A program made the position numbers and the translations under genes. Below, in pieces: positions 1 to 13,357 of a stretch of 64,000 bases of DNA. Under the pieces are notes generated by a model that was not told where the DNA came from, ran no database searches, and saw only the letters and a program-made list of their open reading frames with translations. The stretch comes from Malacoraja senta (lineage: Eukaryota). Position 1 is the first letter of the stretch. The number at the start of each line of letters is the position of its first letter. The stretch is from positions 1,922,001 to 1,986,000 of the forward strand of contig CM075989.1 in assembly GCA_038087875.1 (NCBI GenBank). The letters are read 5' to 3'.

Positions 1-360
1 CAGGTAGACATCGTGATCAAAAGGTATTTTGGCACATTGGCCCTTCATCAGTCATAGTATTGAGCATAGAAGTTGGGAGGTCATGTTGCAGTTGCATTTA
101 GTGTTGTGTTCAGTTCTGGGCATCATGTTATAGGAAAGATGTTGTCAAGCTGGAATTGGTACAGAGAAGATTTACGAGGATGTTGCCAGGACTAGAGGGC
201 TGAAATATAGGGAGAGGTTGAGTAGGCTGGGGACTCTATTCCCTGGAGCTCAGTGAGGATGAGGGGAGATCTTATACAGGTGTATAAAATAATGAGAGGA
301 ATAGAGCGGGTAGATGCACAGAGTCTCTTGCCCAGAGTAGGGGATCAGAGGACATAGGTT
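1..360 (+). mobile_element. Old CR1-clade LINE 3' fragment, left part (continues at ~4145-4475)
   Basis: Degenerate CR1 ORF2 C-terminal sequence that breaks at ggacataggtt and resumes as aaggtgaaggggg...tttaatagg near 4147. Confidence 0.7.
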
Positions 361-580
361 TAATAGACAACAGACAATAGACAATAGACAGTAAGTGCAG
401 GAGTAGGCCATTCGGCCCTTCGAGCCCACACCGCCATTCAATGTGATCATGGCTGATTATCAACAATCAGTACCCCGTTCCTGCCTTCTCCCCATATCCC
501 TTAACGCCGCTATCTTTAAGAGCTCTATCTAACTCTCCCTTGAAAGCACACAGAGAACCAGCCTCTACCGCCCTCTGAGG

Positions 581-3485
581 TCGATGAGTTGAACGCCGTA
601 ATAAGGTCGATGAGTTGAACGTTGCAGATAGCAATTAATGATTATGATATAGTTGGGATCACGGAGACATGGCTCCAGGGTGACCAAGGCTGGGAGCTGA
701 ACATCCAGGGATATTCAATATTCAGGATGGATAGAGAGAAAGGAAAAGGAGGTGGGGTAGCATTGCTGGTTAGAGAGGAGATTAACGCAGTGGAAAGGAA
801 GGACATTAGCTTGGAGGATGTGGAATCGGTATGGGTAGAGCTACGAAACACTAAGGGGCAGAAAACGCTGGTGGGTGTTGTGTACAGGCCACCTAGCAGT
901 AGTCGTGAAGTTGGGGATGGCATCAAACAGGAAATTAGAAATGCGTGCAACAAAGGGCAAAACAGTTATAATGGGTGACTTCAATCTACATATAGATTGG
1001 GTGAATCAAATTGGCAGGGGTGCTGAGGAAGAGGATTTCTTGGAATGTATGAGGGATAGGTTATCTAAACCAACATGTAGAGGAACCAACGAGAGAGCAG
1101 GCTATTCTAGACTGGGTATTGAGTAATGAGGAAGGGTTAGTTAGCAGACTTGTTGTGCGTGCCCCCTTGGGCAAGAGTGACCATAATATGGTTGAGTTCT
1201 TCATTAGGATGGAGAGTGACATTGTTAATTCAGAAACAACGGTTCTGAACTTAAAGAAAGGTAACTTTGAGCGTATGAGACGTGAATTGGCCAAGATTGA
1301 CTGGCAATTAGTTCTAAAAGGGTTGACGGTGGATATGCAATGGAAGGCATTTAAAGACTGCATGGATGAACTACAAAAATTGTTCATCCCAGTTTTGGCA
1401 AAAGAATAAATTCAGGGAAGGTAGTGCATCCGTGGATAACAAGGGAAATCAGGGATAGTATTCAAAGCAAAAGATGATGCGTACAAATTAGCCAGAAAAA
1501 GCAGCATACCAGAGGACTGGGAGAAATTCAGAGACCAGCAGAGGAGGACAAAGGGCTTAATTAGGAACGGGAAAATAGATTATGAAAGGAAACTGGCAGG
1601 GAACATAAAGACTGACTGCAAAAGGTTTTTATAGATATGTGAAGAGAAAGAGATTAGTTAAAACAAATGTAGGTCCCTTGCAGTCAGAAAAACAGGTGAA
1701 TTGATCATGGGGAACAAGGATATGGCGGACCAATTGAATAACTACTTTGGTTCCGTCTTCACTAAGGAAGACATAAATAATCTGCCGGAAATAGCAGGGG
1801 GCCGCGGGTCAAAGGAGATGGAGGAACTGAGTGAAATCCAGGTTAGTCGGGAAGTGGTGTTGGGTAAATTGAATGGATTAAAGGCCGATAAATCACCAGG
1901 GCCAGATAGGCTGCATCCCAGAGTACTTAAGGAAGTAGCTCCAGAAATAGTGGATGCATTAGTGATAATTTTTCAAAACTCTTTAGATTCTGGAGTAGTT
2001 CCTGAGGATTGGAGGGTAGCAAACGTAACCCCACTTTTTAAGAAGGGAGGGAGAGAGAAAACAGGGAATTACAGACCAGTTAGTCTAACATCGGTAGTAG
2101 GGAAACTGCTAGAGTCAGTTATTAAAGATGGGATAGCAGCACATTTGGAAAGTGGTGAAATCATTGGACAAAGTCAGCATGGATTTACGAAAGGTAAATC
2201 GTGTCTGAAGAATCTTATAGAATTTTTCGAGGATGTAACTAGTAGAGTGGATAGGGGAGAACCAGTGGATGTGTTGTATCTGGATTTTCAGAAGGCTTTC
2301 AACAAGGTACCACATAAGAGATTAGGATACAAACTTAAATCACACGGTATTGGGGGTTCAGTATTGATGTGGATAGAGAACTGGCTGGCAAACAGGAAGC
2401 AAAGAGTAGGAGTAAACGGGTCCTTTTCACAATGGCAGGCAGTGACTAGTGGGGTACCGCAAGGCTCAGTGCTGGGACCCCAGCTATTTACAATTTATAT
2501 TAATGATCTGGACGAGGGAATTAAAAGCAACATCTCCAAGTTTGCGGATGACACTAAGCTGGGGGGCAGTGTTAGCTGTGAGGAGGATGCTAGGAGACTG
2601 CAAGGTGACTTGGATAGGCTGGGTGAGTGGGCAAATGTTTGGCAGATGCAGTATAATGTGGATAAATGTGAGGTTATCCACTTTGGTGGCAAAAACGGGA
2701 AGGCAGACTATTATCTAAATGGTGGCCGATTAGGAAATGGGGAGATGCAGCGAGACCTGGGTGTCATGGTACACCAGTCATTGAAAGTAGGCATGCAGGT
2801 GCAGCAGGCAGTGAAGAAAGCGAATGGTATGTTGGCCTTCATAGCAAGAGGATTTGAGTATAGGAGCAGGGAGGTTCTACTGCAGTTGTACAGGGTCTTG
2901 GTGAGACCACACCTGGAGTATTGCGCACAGTTTTGGTCTCCAAATCTGAGGAAGGACATTATAGCCATAGAGGGAGTGCAGAGAAGGTTCACCAGACTGA
3001 TTCCTGGGATGTCAGGACTTTCATATGAAGAAAGACTGGATAGACTTGGCTTATACTCGCTAGAATTTAGGAGATTGAGAGGGGATCTTATAGAAACTTA
3101 CAAAATTCTTATGGGGTTGGACAGGCTAGATGCAGGAAGATTGTTCCCGATGTTGGGGAAGTCCAGGACAAGGGGTCACAGCTTAAGGATAAGGGGGAAA
3201 TCCTTTAAGACCGAGATGAGGAAAAACTTTTTCACACAGAAAGTGGTGAATCTCTGGAACTCTCTGCCACAGAGGGTAGTTGAGGCCAGTTCATTGGCTA
3301 TATTTAAGAGGGAGTTAGATGTGGCCCTTGTGGCTAAAGGGATCAGGGGGTATGGAGAGAAGGCAGGTACGGGATACTGAGTTGGATGATCAGCCATGAT
3401 CATATTGAATGGCGGTGCAGGCTCGAAGGGCCGAATGGCCTACTCCTGCACCTATTTTCTATGTATCTATCTATGTATCTATGTA
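581..3485 (+). mobile_element. Young CR1-clade LINE (HER1-like) with near-complete ORF2 (APE endonuclease + RT)
   Basis: Endonuclease motifs GITETW, MGDFN, SDHN. RT motifs KSPGPD, NYRPVSL, LDFQKAF, GVPQGSVLGP, FADD. (TATG/TATC)n tail. TSD tctgagg at 574-580 and 3486-3492. Several frameshifts upstream of 1700. Confidence 0.95.
1701..3380 (+). CDS. CR1 ORF2 reverse transcriptase, uninterrupted C-terminal 559 aa
   Basis: ORF track. RT motifs intact through to the natural stop (...EKAGTGY*). Confidence 0.85.
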   Translation: MIMGNKDMADQLNNYFGSVFTKEDINNLPEIAGGRGSKEMEELSEIQVSREVVLGKLNGLKADKSPGPDRLHPRVLKEVAPEIVDALVIIFQNSLDSGVVPEDWRVANVTPLFKKGGREKTGNYRPVSLTSVVGKLLESVIKDGIAAHLESGEIIGQSQHGFTKGKSCLKNLIEFFEDVTSRVDRGEPVDVLYLDFQKAFNKVPHKRLGYKLKSHGIGGSVLMWIENWLANRKQRVGVNGSFSQWQAVTSGVPQGSVLGPQLFTIYINDLDEGIKSNISKFADDTKLGGSVSCEEDARRLQGDLDRLGEWANVWQMQYNVDKCEVIHFGGKNGKADYYLNGGRLGNGEMQRDLGVMVHQSLKVGMQVQQAVKKANGMLAFIARGFEYRSREVLLQLYRVLVRPHLEYCAQFWSPNLRKDIIAIEGVQRRFTRLIPGMSGLSYEERLDRLGLYSLEFRRLRGDLIETYKILMGLDRLDAGRLFPMLGKSRTRGHSLRIRGKSFKTEMRKNFFTQKVVNLWNSLPQRVVEASSLAIFKRELDVALVAKGIRGYGEKAGTGY

Positions 3486-4270
3486 TCTGAGGCAGAGAAT
3501 TCACACATTCACAACTCTCTGTGTGAAAAAGTTTTTCCTCATCTCCGTTCTAAATGGCTTACCACTTATTCTTAACCTATGGCCCCTTGCTCTGGACTCC
3601 CCCAACATTGGGAACATGTTTCCTGCCTCTAGCATGTCCATACCCTTAATAATCTTATTCATTTCAATAAGATTCCCTCTCATCCTTCTAAATTCCAGAG
3701 TATACAAGCCCAGCCGCTCCAATCTATCAACAAATGACAGTCCTGCCATCCTGGGAATTAACCTCGTGAACCTACGCTGCACTCCCTCAATAGCAAGAAT
3801 GTCTTTCCTCAAGTTTGGAGACCAAAACTGCACACAATGCTCCAGGTGTGGTCTCACTAGGGCCCTGTACAACTACAGGAGGACCTCTTTGCTCCTATAC
3901 TCAACTCCTCATGTTATGAAGGCCAACATGCCATTTCCTTTCTTCACTGCCTGCTGTACCTGCATGCTTACTTTCAGTGACTGATGAACAAGGGCCCCCA
4001 GCTCCCGTTGAACTTCCCCTTTTCCCAACTTGACACCATTTAGATAATAATCTGCCTTCCTGCTTTTGCCACCAAAGTGGATAACCTCACATTTATCCAC
4101 ATTAAACTGCATCTGCCATGCATCTGCCCACTCACCCAACCTGTTGAAGGTGAAGGGGGAAATATTTAATAGGATTTAATAGGATGTATGGAACAAGCTG
4201 CCAGAGGAGGTAGTTGAGGCTGGAACTATCACATTTAAGAAACAGTTAGACAGGTACATGGATAAAAGAA

Positions 4271-4306
4271 GGGTCTGAAGAAGGGTCTCGACCCGAAACG
4301 TTACCC
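4271..4306 (+). ncRNA. Minimal type I hammerhead ribozyme motif (Penelope-derived repeat)
   Basis: GGGT-CTGAAGA-A-GGGT(CTCG)ACCC-GAAAC-GTT-ACCC: 4-bp stem I, catalytic core boxes, stem II and GUU triplet. Confidence 0.65.
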
Positions 4307-4634
4307 ATTCCTTCTTTCCAGTGATGATGCCTGCTCCGCTGAGTTTGGAGTAGTTTTGGAGGGATATTGACTGAGTGCGGGCAGCTGGGACTGGTGTAGA
4401 TGGGACATGTTGGCTGTTTTGGGCAAGCTGGGCCGAAGGGCCTGTTTCCACACTGTATCACTCTGTCTCTATGATGCTAAATCAGAGCAGGACCTAAACG
4501 GTGAATGGCAGGAGTCCGTGGAGTGTTGTAGAGCAGAGTGATCTAGGAGAGGTAGTGCATAGTGCCGTCACGTCCTCCCTGAATGCTTGTGCTGTGAAAT
4601 CTGGTTTACACTGTAAAGCCAGTAAAAAGAAGAG

Positions 4635-6663
4635 GTTCAGGGATAGTATCAAAGCAAAAGATGATGCATACAAATTAGCCAGAAAAAGCAGCATACCAGA
4701 GGACTGGGAGAAATTCAGAGACCAGCAGAGGAGGACAAAGGGCTTAATTAGGAAAGGGAAAATAGATTATGAAAGAAAACTGGCAGGGAACATAAAAACT
4801 GACTGCAAAAGTTTTTATAGATATGTGAAGAGAAAGAGATTAGTTAAAACAAATGTAGGTCCCTTGCAGTCAGAAACAGGTGAATTGATCATGGGGAACA
4901 AGGATATGGCGGACCAATTGAATAACTACTTTGGTTCCGTCTTCACTAAGGAAGACATAAATAATCTGCCGGAAATAGCAGGGGATCACGGGTCAAAGGA
5001 GATGGAGGAACTGAGTGAAATCCAGGTTAGTCGGGAAGTGGTGTTCGGTAAATTGAATAGATTAAAGGCCGATAAATCACCAGGGCCAGATAGGCTGCAT
5101 CCCAGAGTACTTAAGGAAGTAGCTCCAGAAATAGTGGATGAATTAGGGATAATTTTTCAAAACTCTTTAGATTCTGGAGTAGTTCCTGAGGATTGGAGGG
5201 TAGCAAACGTAACCCCACTTTTTAAGAAGGGAGAGAGAGAGAAAACGGGGAATTACAGACCAGTTAGTCTAACATCGGTAGTGGGGAAACTGCTAGAGTC
5301 AGTTATTAAAGATGGGATAGCAGCACATTTGGAAAGTGGTGAAATCATTGGACAAAGTCAGCATGGATTTACGAAAGGTAAATCATGTCTGACGAATCTT
5401 ATAGAATTTTTTGAGGATGTAACTAGTAGAGTGGATAGGGGAGAACCAGTGGATGTGTTGTATCTGGACTTTCAGAAGGCTTTCGACAAGGTCCCACATA
5501 AGAGATTAGGATACAAACTTAAAGCACACGGTATTGGGGGTTCAGTATTGATGTGGATAGAGAACTGGCTGGCAAACAGGAAGCAAAGAGTAGGAGTAAA
5601 CGGGTCCTTTTCACAATGGCAGGCAGTGACTAGTGGGGTACCGCAAGGCTCAGTGCTGGGACCCCAGCTATTTACAATTTATATTAAAGATCTGGATGAG
5701 GGAATTGAAGGCAACATCTCCAAGTTTGCAGATGACACTAAGCTGGGGGGCAGTGTTAGCTGTGAGGAGGATGCTAGGAGACTGCAAGGTGACTTGGATA
5801 GGCTGGGTGAGTGGGCAAATGTTTGGCAGAAGCAGTATAATGTGGATAAATGTGAGGTTATCCACTTTGGTGGCAAAAACAGGAAAGCAGACTATTATCT
5901 AAATGGTGGCCGATTAGGAAAAGGGGAGATGCAGCGAGACCTGGGTGTCATGGTACACCAGTCATTGAAAGTAGGCATGCAGGTGCAGCAGGCAGTGAAG
6001 AAAGCAAATGGTATGTTAGCTTTCATAGCAAAAGGATTTGAGTATAGGAGCAGGGAGGTTCTACTGCAGTTGTACAGGGTCTTTGTGAGAGCACACCTGG
6101 AGTATTGCGTACAGTTTTGGTCTCCAAATCTGAGGAAGGACATTATAGCCATAGAGGGAGTGCAGAGAAGGTTCACCAGACTGATTCCTGGGATGTCAGG
6201 ACTTTCATATGAAGAAAGACTGGATAGACTTGGCTTATACTCGCTAGAATTTAGGAGATTGAGAGGGGATCTTATAGAAACGTACAAAATTCTTATGGGG
6301 TTGGACAGGCTAGATGCAGGAAGATTGTTCCCGATGTTGGGGAAGTCCAGGACAAGGGGTCACAGCTTAAGGATAAGGGGGAAATCCTTTAAGACCGAGA
6401 GAGAAAAAACTTTTTCACACAGAGAGTGGTGAATCTCTGGAACTCTCTGCCACAGAGGGTAGTTGAGGCCAGTTCATTGGCTATATTTAAGAGGGAGTTA
6501 GATGTGGCCCTTGTGGCTAAAGGGATCAGGGGGTATGGAGAGAAGGCAGGTACGGGATACTGAGTTGGATGATCAGCCATGATCATATTGAATGGCGGTG
6601 CAGGCTCGAAGGGCCGAATGGTCTACTCCTGCACCTATTTTCTATGTATCTATGTATCTATGT
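4635..6663 (+). mobile_element. Second, 5'-truncated copy of the same young CR1 family
   Basis: Near-identical to 1449-3485. RT open to ~6398, where a 1-nt deletion shifts the frame. Same 3' UTR and tail. Confidence 0.95.
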
Positions 6664-7534
6664 GTTAGATTTGTCAGTATGTGACCACACAGTGAATGAC
6701 AGGACTAATGAGTGCTGGTGAGTGGCGGTTAACACATGGATATACAGCGAATGGAGGAATATGTTTCACGTGCAGGAAGAGGAGTTTATCTTGGTATCAT
6801 ATTCAGCATGGACAATGTGGACCAAAGGGCCTGTTTCTGTCCTGTACTGTTCTATGTTCTATGAATCTACAAAAAGAGAAAACTACCATCACTGATTGCG
6901 TACCTTTTGTTGCAAGTAACAATTTGATTTCAGGAATAGCAGCTGTTTCCAGGCCAGCTTTCTCATTCCACGCAGCTTTCACACTGCTCCGATCAATACA
7001 GAATCTAGTGACCATTATTGACTACGGATATATTGGATGCTGGCAAGGCACTTGTTTAGCAGTGGAAATTAAAAAACAAGTGCTGCAAATCCGTCAGGAA
7101 TAAAAGTGGGAAGAAACACACAATTAAAGTCTCACAATGTCATATAAATATAACACTGTTTGAAATTTGAACCACAAAGAAAATTTGACCGTAGCTTTTG
7201 AAAGAGAAGGGGCGGGGCGAATGATTCAGGCCGGTTACTTCATTGGATCACGTTTGAACGGGCCTGATTGAATCCTATCCTCCAATTTCAGATATTGGCC
7301 AGCATTTCTCAGTGATGAGACAGTCCAAAGTGCCGCTTCTCAGATACAAACCAAGAACTGAGAAATATGTCAAATTTAAAATGTTTAATCCGTTTTTAAT
7401 TGTACTGTCCATATTCACAAATATAACTATTTCTAAAGATGTGAGATGTTCCTCACACAGATACATCACTCTCCGAAATGTTGTGTAGATCAACAAATCT
7501 CAAAAATATCACAACAATGCACAAACGTGATAAG

Positions 7535-8440
7535 CACACTCACACTTGCCACACACACTCACGCTCCTCACATACACATTCACACTTGCCACACACACTC
7601 ACGCTCCTCACATACACATTCACAATCCCCACACACACTCACAATCCCCACACACACTCACAATCCCCACACACACTCACGCTCCTCACACACACACTCA
7701 CAATCCCCTTACACACTCGTGCTGCTCACATACACACTCACAATCCCCTTACACACTCACGCTCCTCACATATACACTCACAATCCCCTTACACACTCAC
7801 GCTCCTCACATACACACTCACAATCCCCTTACACACTCACGCTCCTCACATACACACTCACAATCCCCTTACACACTCACGCTCCTCACATACACACTCA
7901 CAATCCCCACACACACTCACAATCCCCTTACACACTCACGCTCCTCACATATACACTCACAATCCCCTTACACACTCACGCTCCTCACATACACACTCAC
8001 AATCCCCACACACACTCACAATCCCCACACACACTCACAATCCCCTTACACACTCACGCTCCTCACATACACACTCACAATCCCCATACACACTCACAAT
8101 CCCCACACACACTCACAATCCCTACACACACTCACAATCCCCTTACACACTCGTGCTGCTCACATACACACTCACACTTGCCACACACACTCACGCTCCT
8201 CACATACACACTCACAATCCCCACACACACTCACAATCCCCTTACACACTCACGCTCCTCACATATACACTCACAATCCCCTTACACACTCACGCTCCTC
8301 ACATACACACTCACAATCCCCATACACACTCACAATCCCTACACACACTCACAATCCCCACACACACTCACGCTCCTCACATACACACTCACAATCCCCT
8401 TACACACTCACGCTCCTCACATACACACTCACAGTCCCCA
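7535..8440. repeat. CA-rich compound minisatellite (alternating ~20-nt units CACACTCACAATCCCC.. and CACACTCACGCTCCTCACAT)
   Basis: Directly visible tandem repeats. Confidence 0.95.
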
Positions 8441-11400
8441 AACCTTACACATAAACCTCAGGGACGTACGCACAGCCTTTACAAAGTTGTACGTCTACCT
8501 TACATGTACACTCAGACATCCCAGACAATCCAGTCACGTACAAAGCTCACAGATGGAGATACAACAAATCTCTCCCACAAGCATGGGGTTATGGGGAGAA
8601 GGCAGGAAATGGGATTAGGAGGCAGAGATCAGCCATGATTGAATGTCGTAGATTTGATTGGCTGAATGGCCTAATTCTACTCCTATAACTTGTGAACTTG
8701 TAAAATAGAACATAGAACAGTATAATAACAGGCCCTTCAACCTACAATGTCTGTGTGGGACATGATGCCAAGACCATCACTTATCTACCTGCATATAACC
8801 ATATCCTCCCACTCCCTGTATATCCATGTGCCTCTCCAAGAGTCTTTGAATGGATCTGTTTCAACCACCACCCCAGACAACATAGTGTTCCTGCACTCAC
8901 CGCCCTTGGTGGAAAAACCTTGCCCTGCTCATCTCTTTTAAATACAAATATACAGACAAAACCTCCTGCACAGACTCAGGAAGCTTTCCCTGACTCACAT
9001 ACACACACAAGTACATAAAATACACACTCATATGTACATAAACCCAAGATCGAGATTACACTCAATGGGTCAGAGATAGCTAGAGACAAGGAATAGGTGA
9101 CATTTTGGCTCACCTTCTTCAGACTGAGAGTCAAGGGGGAGGGAAACTAGAGGCATGAAAAGGTACAGAACAAATCAGAACCAGCACTGATGATGAAGGA
9201 AAGGTGGAGCCCATCATGGTTCATTGTTGATTTCATAGATGTGACAACAAGGGGGATATATGGATGTCAACGTGGAACTGGCAGGATGATTAGAGTTGGG
9301 GAAGAGGCAGAGAGAGAAAGGGGATGCAAGGGTCAATTGAAATTGGAGAAATTAATGTTCATACCGCTGGGGTGTAAGCTGCCCAAGCGAAATATGAGGC
9401 GCTGTTCCTCCAATTCGTGCTGGGCCTCACTCTGACAGTGGAGGAGGCCCAGGACAGAAAGGTCAGTGTGGGAATGGGAAGGGGAATTAAAATGTTTGGC
9501 AACCGGGAGATACAATGTGTGCATACACCAAATACTTGCACATACAATCACATACACAGTCATACATACCACACACACACGCACACACCCATGCACACAC
9601 ATGCATCATACACATGAACCTTAAGATTGTTTGCCACATATACACGCACATGCATGTGTACCTGTTCAGGTAGCACACACGCACACAAATGCAACAGCTG
9701 CTGGAATCATCAGAGCAGATTTGGCAACAGATGCTGTTTTCATTGCATCTGTCATTTAGCAAGGAGCACTGTGGTGAAGTTGAGCAGTGGAACAAGATGT
9801 CAAACACTAATCAGAGACCAACTGAACCAATTAACGAGTCACCTTATTGTTGCGCTGAAAAGCCAGCATTCATCGCAAACAGGTTTCTGCTTTCACAGTG
9901 TGGAGGACCCAGCTTAAAATCACCTTGTGCTAGAATGGTGCAAACACCACTGTAAAACCACCTGTGCAAGATGTGTAGTGCTGAAAGCCAGGAGCAAAGA
10001 CCAAAGTTCTGGGACACATAATGCTGTTGTATCTCAGCGGGACAGGCAGCATCTATGGATAGAAGAAGGATCTCGACCAGAAAAGTCACCCATGCCTTCT
10101 CTCCAGAGATGATGCCTGAGTTACTCCAGCATGTTGTGTCTGTCATCGGTGTAAACCTGTATCTGCAGCTCGTTCCTAAACAAAATGTAGGGTGCGTGGG
10201 AGGGAAATGCACAGGTGAGGTTTTGGGGTAGGATTCAAATTCAGACAGATTGGTAGAGGGGAGAAAGAACAGAGTGCATAAGGTAGACACAAAATGCTGG
10301 AGTAACTCAGCAGGACAGGCAGCTTCTCAGGAGAGAAGGAATGGGTAACGTTTCGGGTCGAGACCCTTCTTCAGTCTCTTATATGTTCATAGAACAAAGG
10401 AACAGGTCCTTCGACCCACAATGTCTGTGCCGAACATGATGCCAAGTTAAATTAATCTGCACATGATCCATATTTGTCCATTCGCTGCATATGCATTTGC
10501 CTATGTAAAAGCCTCGAGCAAAACATAAAGAGCTGGAGGAGCTCAGTGGATCAGGCAGCATCTGTGAAGGGAAGTGTCAAGAGTGAAGAGTGTGTTATAG
10601 TCATGTGTCCCAGATAGAACAATGCCATTCTTACTTGCTGCAGCACAACAGAATATGCAATCATAGTCTGATATGACTAACGAGAGAGAGAGAAAAGAAA
10701 AGCTCCGTGTGTATATAGACCACAACAGTGGTCTGTCAAGGTTTCGGGTCAGGATCCTGATTCGATTATAGTAATAATAATAATAATAATAGATTTTATT
10801 TATATAGCGCTTTTCAGGACTCAAAGTCGCTTTACAATTGAGAGTCAGGAATAAACAAAACAAAATAGAGCAGTAAGACAGAGGGGAGGGGAACATGGGA
10901 CTAAGGGTATGCAGAGGTGAAGAGATGGGTCTTGAGGCGGGACTGGAAGATGGTGAGGGACTCAGAATTTCGGACCGGTTGCGGGAGGGAATTCCAGAGC
11001 CTGGGAGCTGCCCTGGAGAATGCTCTGCCTCCAAAAGTGCAGAGGGGAGAGAAAGCTGGTAAAGAGAGGTGGGGGCAGGACAAAGCATAGCAATTGATTC
11101 TTCAGTGAGAAGAAGGGTCCCGACCCAAAACGTCACCCATTCCTTCTCTCCAGAGATGCTGCCTATCCCGCTGAGTTACTCCAGCATTTTGTGCCGGCCC
11201 CCAGCAAGTGATAGGTGGATACAGATGATGGGGGGCTGAGGTTGTCAGATGGGTGGAGTCAGTGACAAAGGCGAGAGATGAAATAGGGACAAATGGGTGA
11301 CACATGAGGAAGGAAGGGACAAATGTGATAAAAAGGAACTGTAGATGCTGGTTTATACCAAAGATAGGCACAACATGCTGGAGTTACTCAGTGCAGCACA

Positions 11401-11689
11401 TCTGGAGAAAATGGATAGATGATGTCTCGGGTCGGGACACTTCTTCAGACTTCAGTGGGGGTTGGGGGAGGGAGTGGGGAAGGGGGGAAGCAGGAATAGA
11501 GAACAAAATTAGGACAAATGGGAGTCAGCAAACGGTGAGCACAGGCAAGGAGGTTCCATGATAGACCAATTGTTGGCATGAGAAAGGTGTGAGCCCAAGA
11601 GAGATACATAGTTGTCAACTGTGGAACAGGTTAACTGACTCTTGGTGGAAGAAGGGGAGGGGGGGGGAATTGAGAGGGGAGAGGGGAGG

Positions 11690-12215
11690 GAGATGTTTGT
11701 AGAATTTATCCAAAATTGGAGAATTCAACGTTTATACTGCTGGATTTTAAGAAACCCAAGCAAAATATGAGGTGCTGTTCCTCCAATTTGTATGTGGTCT
11801 AACTCTGGAAATGGAGGAGGCCCAGGACAGAAAGGTCAGTATGGGAAGGGCAGTTGAAATGGTTAACAATTGGGAGATCCAGTGGGTCTTGGCGGACCGA
11901 GCATAAGTGTTCAGCGACACTTGGTCTCACCGACGTTCAGGAGGCCACATCGGAAAGAGCGGATGCAGTAGATACGGTTAGAGGAGGTGCATGTGAGCCT
12001 CTGTCTCACCTGGAAGGACTTCTGGGGTCCCTGGATGGAGTCGAGGGAGGGGGTATAAGGACAGGCGTTGCATCTCCTGCGGTTGCAAGGGAAAGTACCT
12101 GGGGAGGGGATGGTTTGGATGGGAACGGATGAGTGAACCAAGGAGTTGCAGAGGGAGTGGTCTCTGCAGAAGGCAGAAAGTGGTGGGGATAGGAAGGTAT
12201 GATCAGTGGTGGGAT
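11690..12215 (-). mobile_element. Penelope-like element fragment (GIY-YIG endonuclease region)
   Basis: Minus ORF 11911-12297 contains PCNRRRCNACP...LTCTSSNRIYCIR...GETK. Confidence 0.8.
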
Positions 12216-12599
12216 GCCGTTGGAGTACTGCACCTGCACGCTGCTTCAGTCTGCCTCCTAGCCTTTGGACCAGCTCCAGATACAAGCATGAGCCCATTCC
12301 TCCACTTCTCTATTAACACACAGCTTCTTAGCTTTGTCTTAATACCTTGTACTAAAACCCCAACATTTACTGAAAATTAGTGAATGTGCAAAATGATTTT
12401 TTTTTAAATAGGCCTAATGGAAAGTGTCCTCTTTATCTGCAGAGGAATGAAAATATGGAGATAAATCACGCTCATATCGTGGCTCCACTATCAATCTCTA
12501 CGCAAAAACCTTGAACCGAGCAACCAGGTTTTCTGTTCATCTGTGTGATCTCAATGCTCCTGCTTCGTAGCATTACAGCTACATGAGGTACTGGAGAGA

Positions 12600-13140
12600 C
12601 AGAACATTGGAAGTGGATTTTGGTAGAATCGTAGAGCCTAACGTTAAATGTATTGACCCACACAACCCAAATGTTGTGGTATCATGCTTGCACCACGGTC
12701 TGGTATGGCAACTCAAACACACAGGAAGTTAGCAGATTACAAAAGTGGTGACCACTGCCCAGTCCATCACAGGTTCTCACCTCCCACCATCGAGGGGATC
12801 TACAAGAGGCGCTGTCTCCAAAAGGCAGCCAGTATCATCATGGACCCACACCACCCTGGCCACGCACTCATTTCATTCCTGCCACCGGGAAGAAGGTAGA
12901 GGAGTCTGAAAACTGTAACCTCTTGTTTCAGGAACAGCTTCTTCCTAACCACCATCAAGCTCGTGAACCCGGCAAACACCAACTAAACTACAAACTGCAC
13001 ACAAAAAATGATTGAACTTTCTTTTATTTTTTGTGTAATATCTCCACGTACAGTGTTTACAGACCTGTGTTTACTGTGCTGCAAGTAAGAATTTCACGTT
13101 CTGTTTTCGGTACATGTGACAATGAGACACTCTTGACTTG
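12600..13140 (+). mobile_element. Rex1/Babar-like LINE 3' fragment
   Basis: Translates IYKRRCLQKAASIIMDPHHPGHAL, followed by a ...gtacatgtgacaat tail. Confidence 0.7.
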
Positions 13141-13322
13141 ACTCTCAACTCTGGATCCTTGCCTTTGACACCAGCACATCTACCTTGCCGAATAAATGAG
13201 GCAGCATAAGCCAGCCAGCAGCTTGCACTTTCTGCATAGGAGGGAACTTCAGATGCTGGTTTACACTGAAGATAGACACAAAATACTCAGCGGGACAGGC
13301 AGCATCTCTGGAAAGAAGGAAT

Positions 13323-13357
13323 GGGTGACGTTTCGGGTCGAGACCCTTCTTCAGATC
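13323..13357 (-). ncRNA. Minimal hammerhead ribozyme motif, sense to the NTRK3 pre-mRNA
   Basis: Minus strand reads GAT-CTGAAGA-A-GGGTCTCGACCC-GAAAC-GTC-ACCC. Confidence 0.6.

Larger units (their letters stand above)
362..4143 (-). mobile_element. Antisense CR1-clade LINE 3' fragment (362-580 plus 3486-4143), split by a younger CR1
   Basis: (AGACAAT)n tail at 362-390. Minus ORFs 3501-3872 and 3909-4139 are CR1 ORF2-like (WQMQFNVDKC, VRPHLEHCVQFWSP). Confidence 0.8.

Noticed and set aside
7446..8638. Long His/Thr/Ser-rich ORFs
   Set aside because: Translation of a CA-rich minisatellite, open in all three frames.
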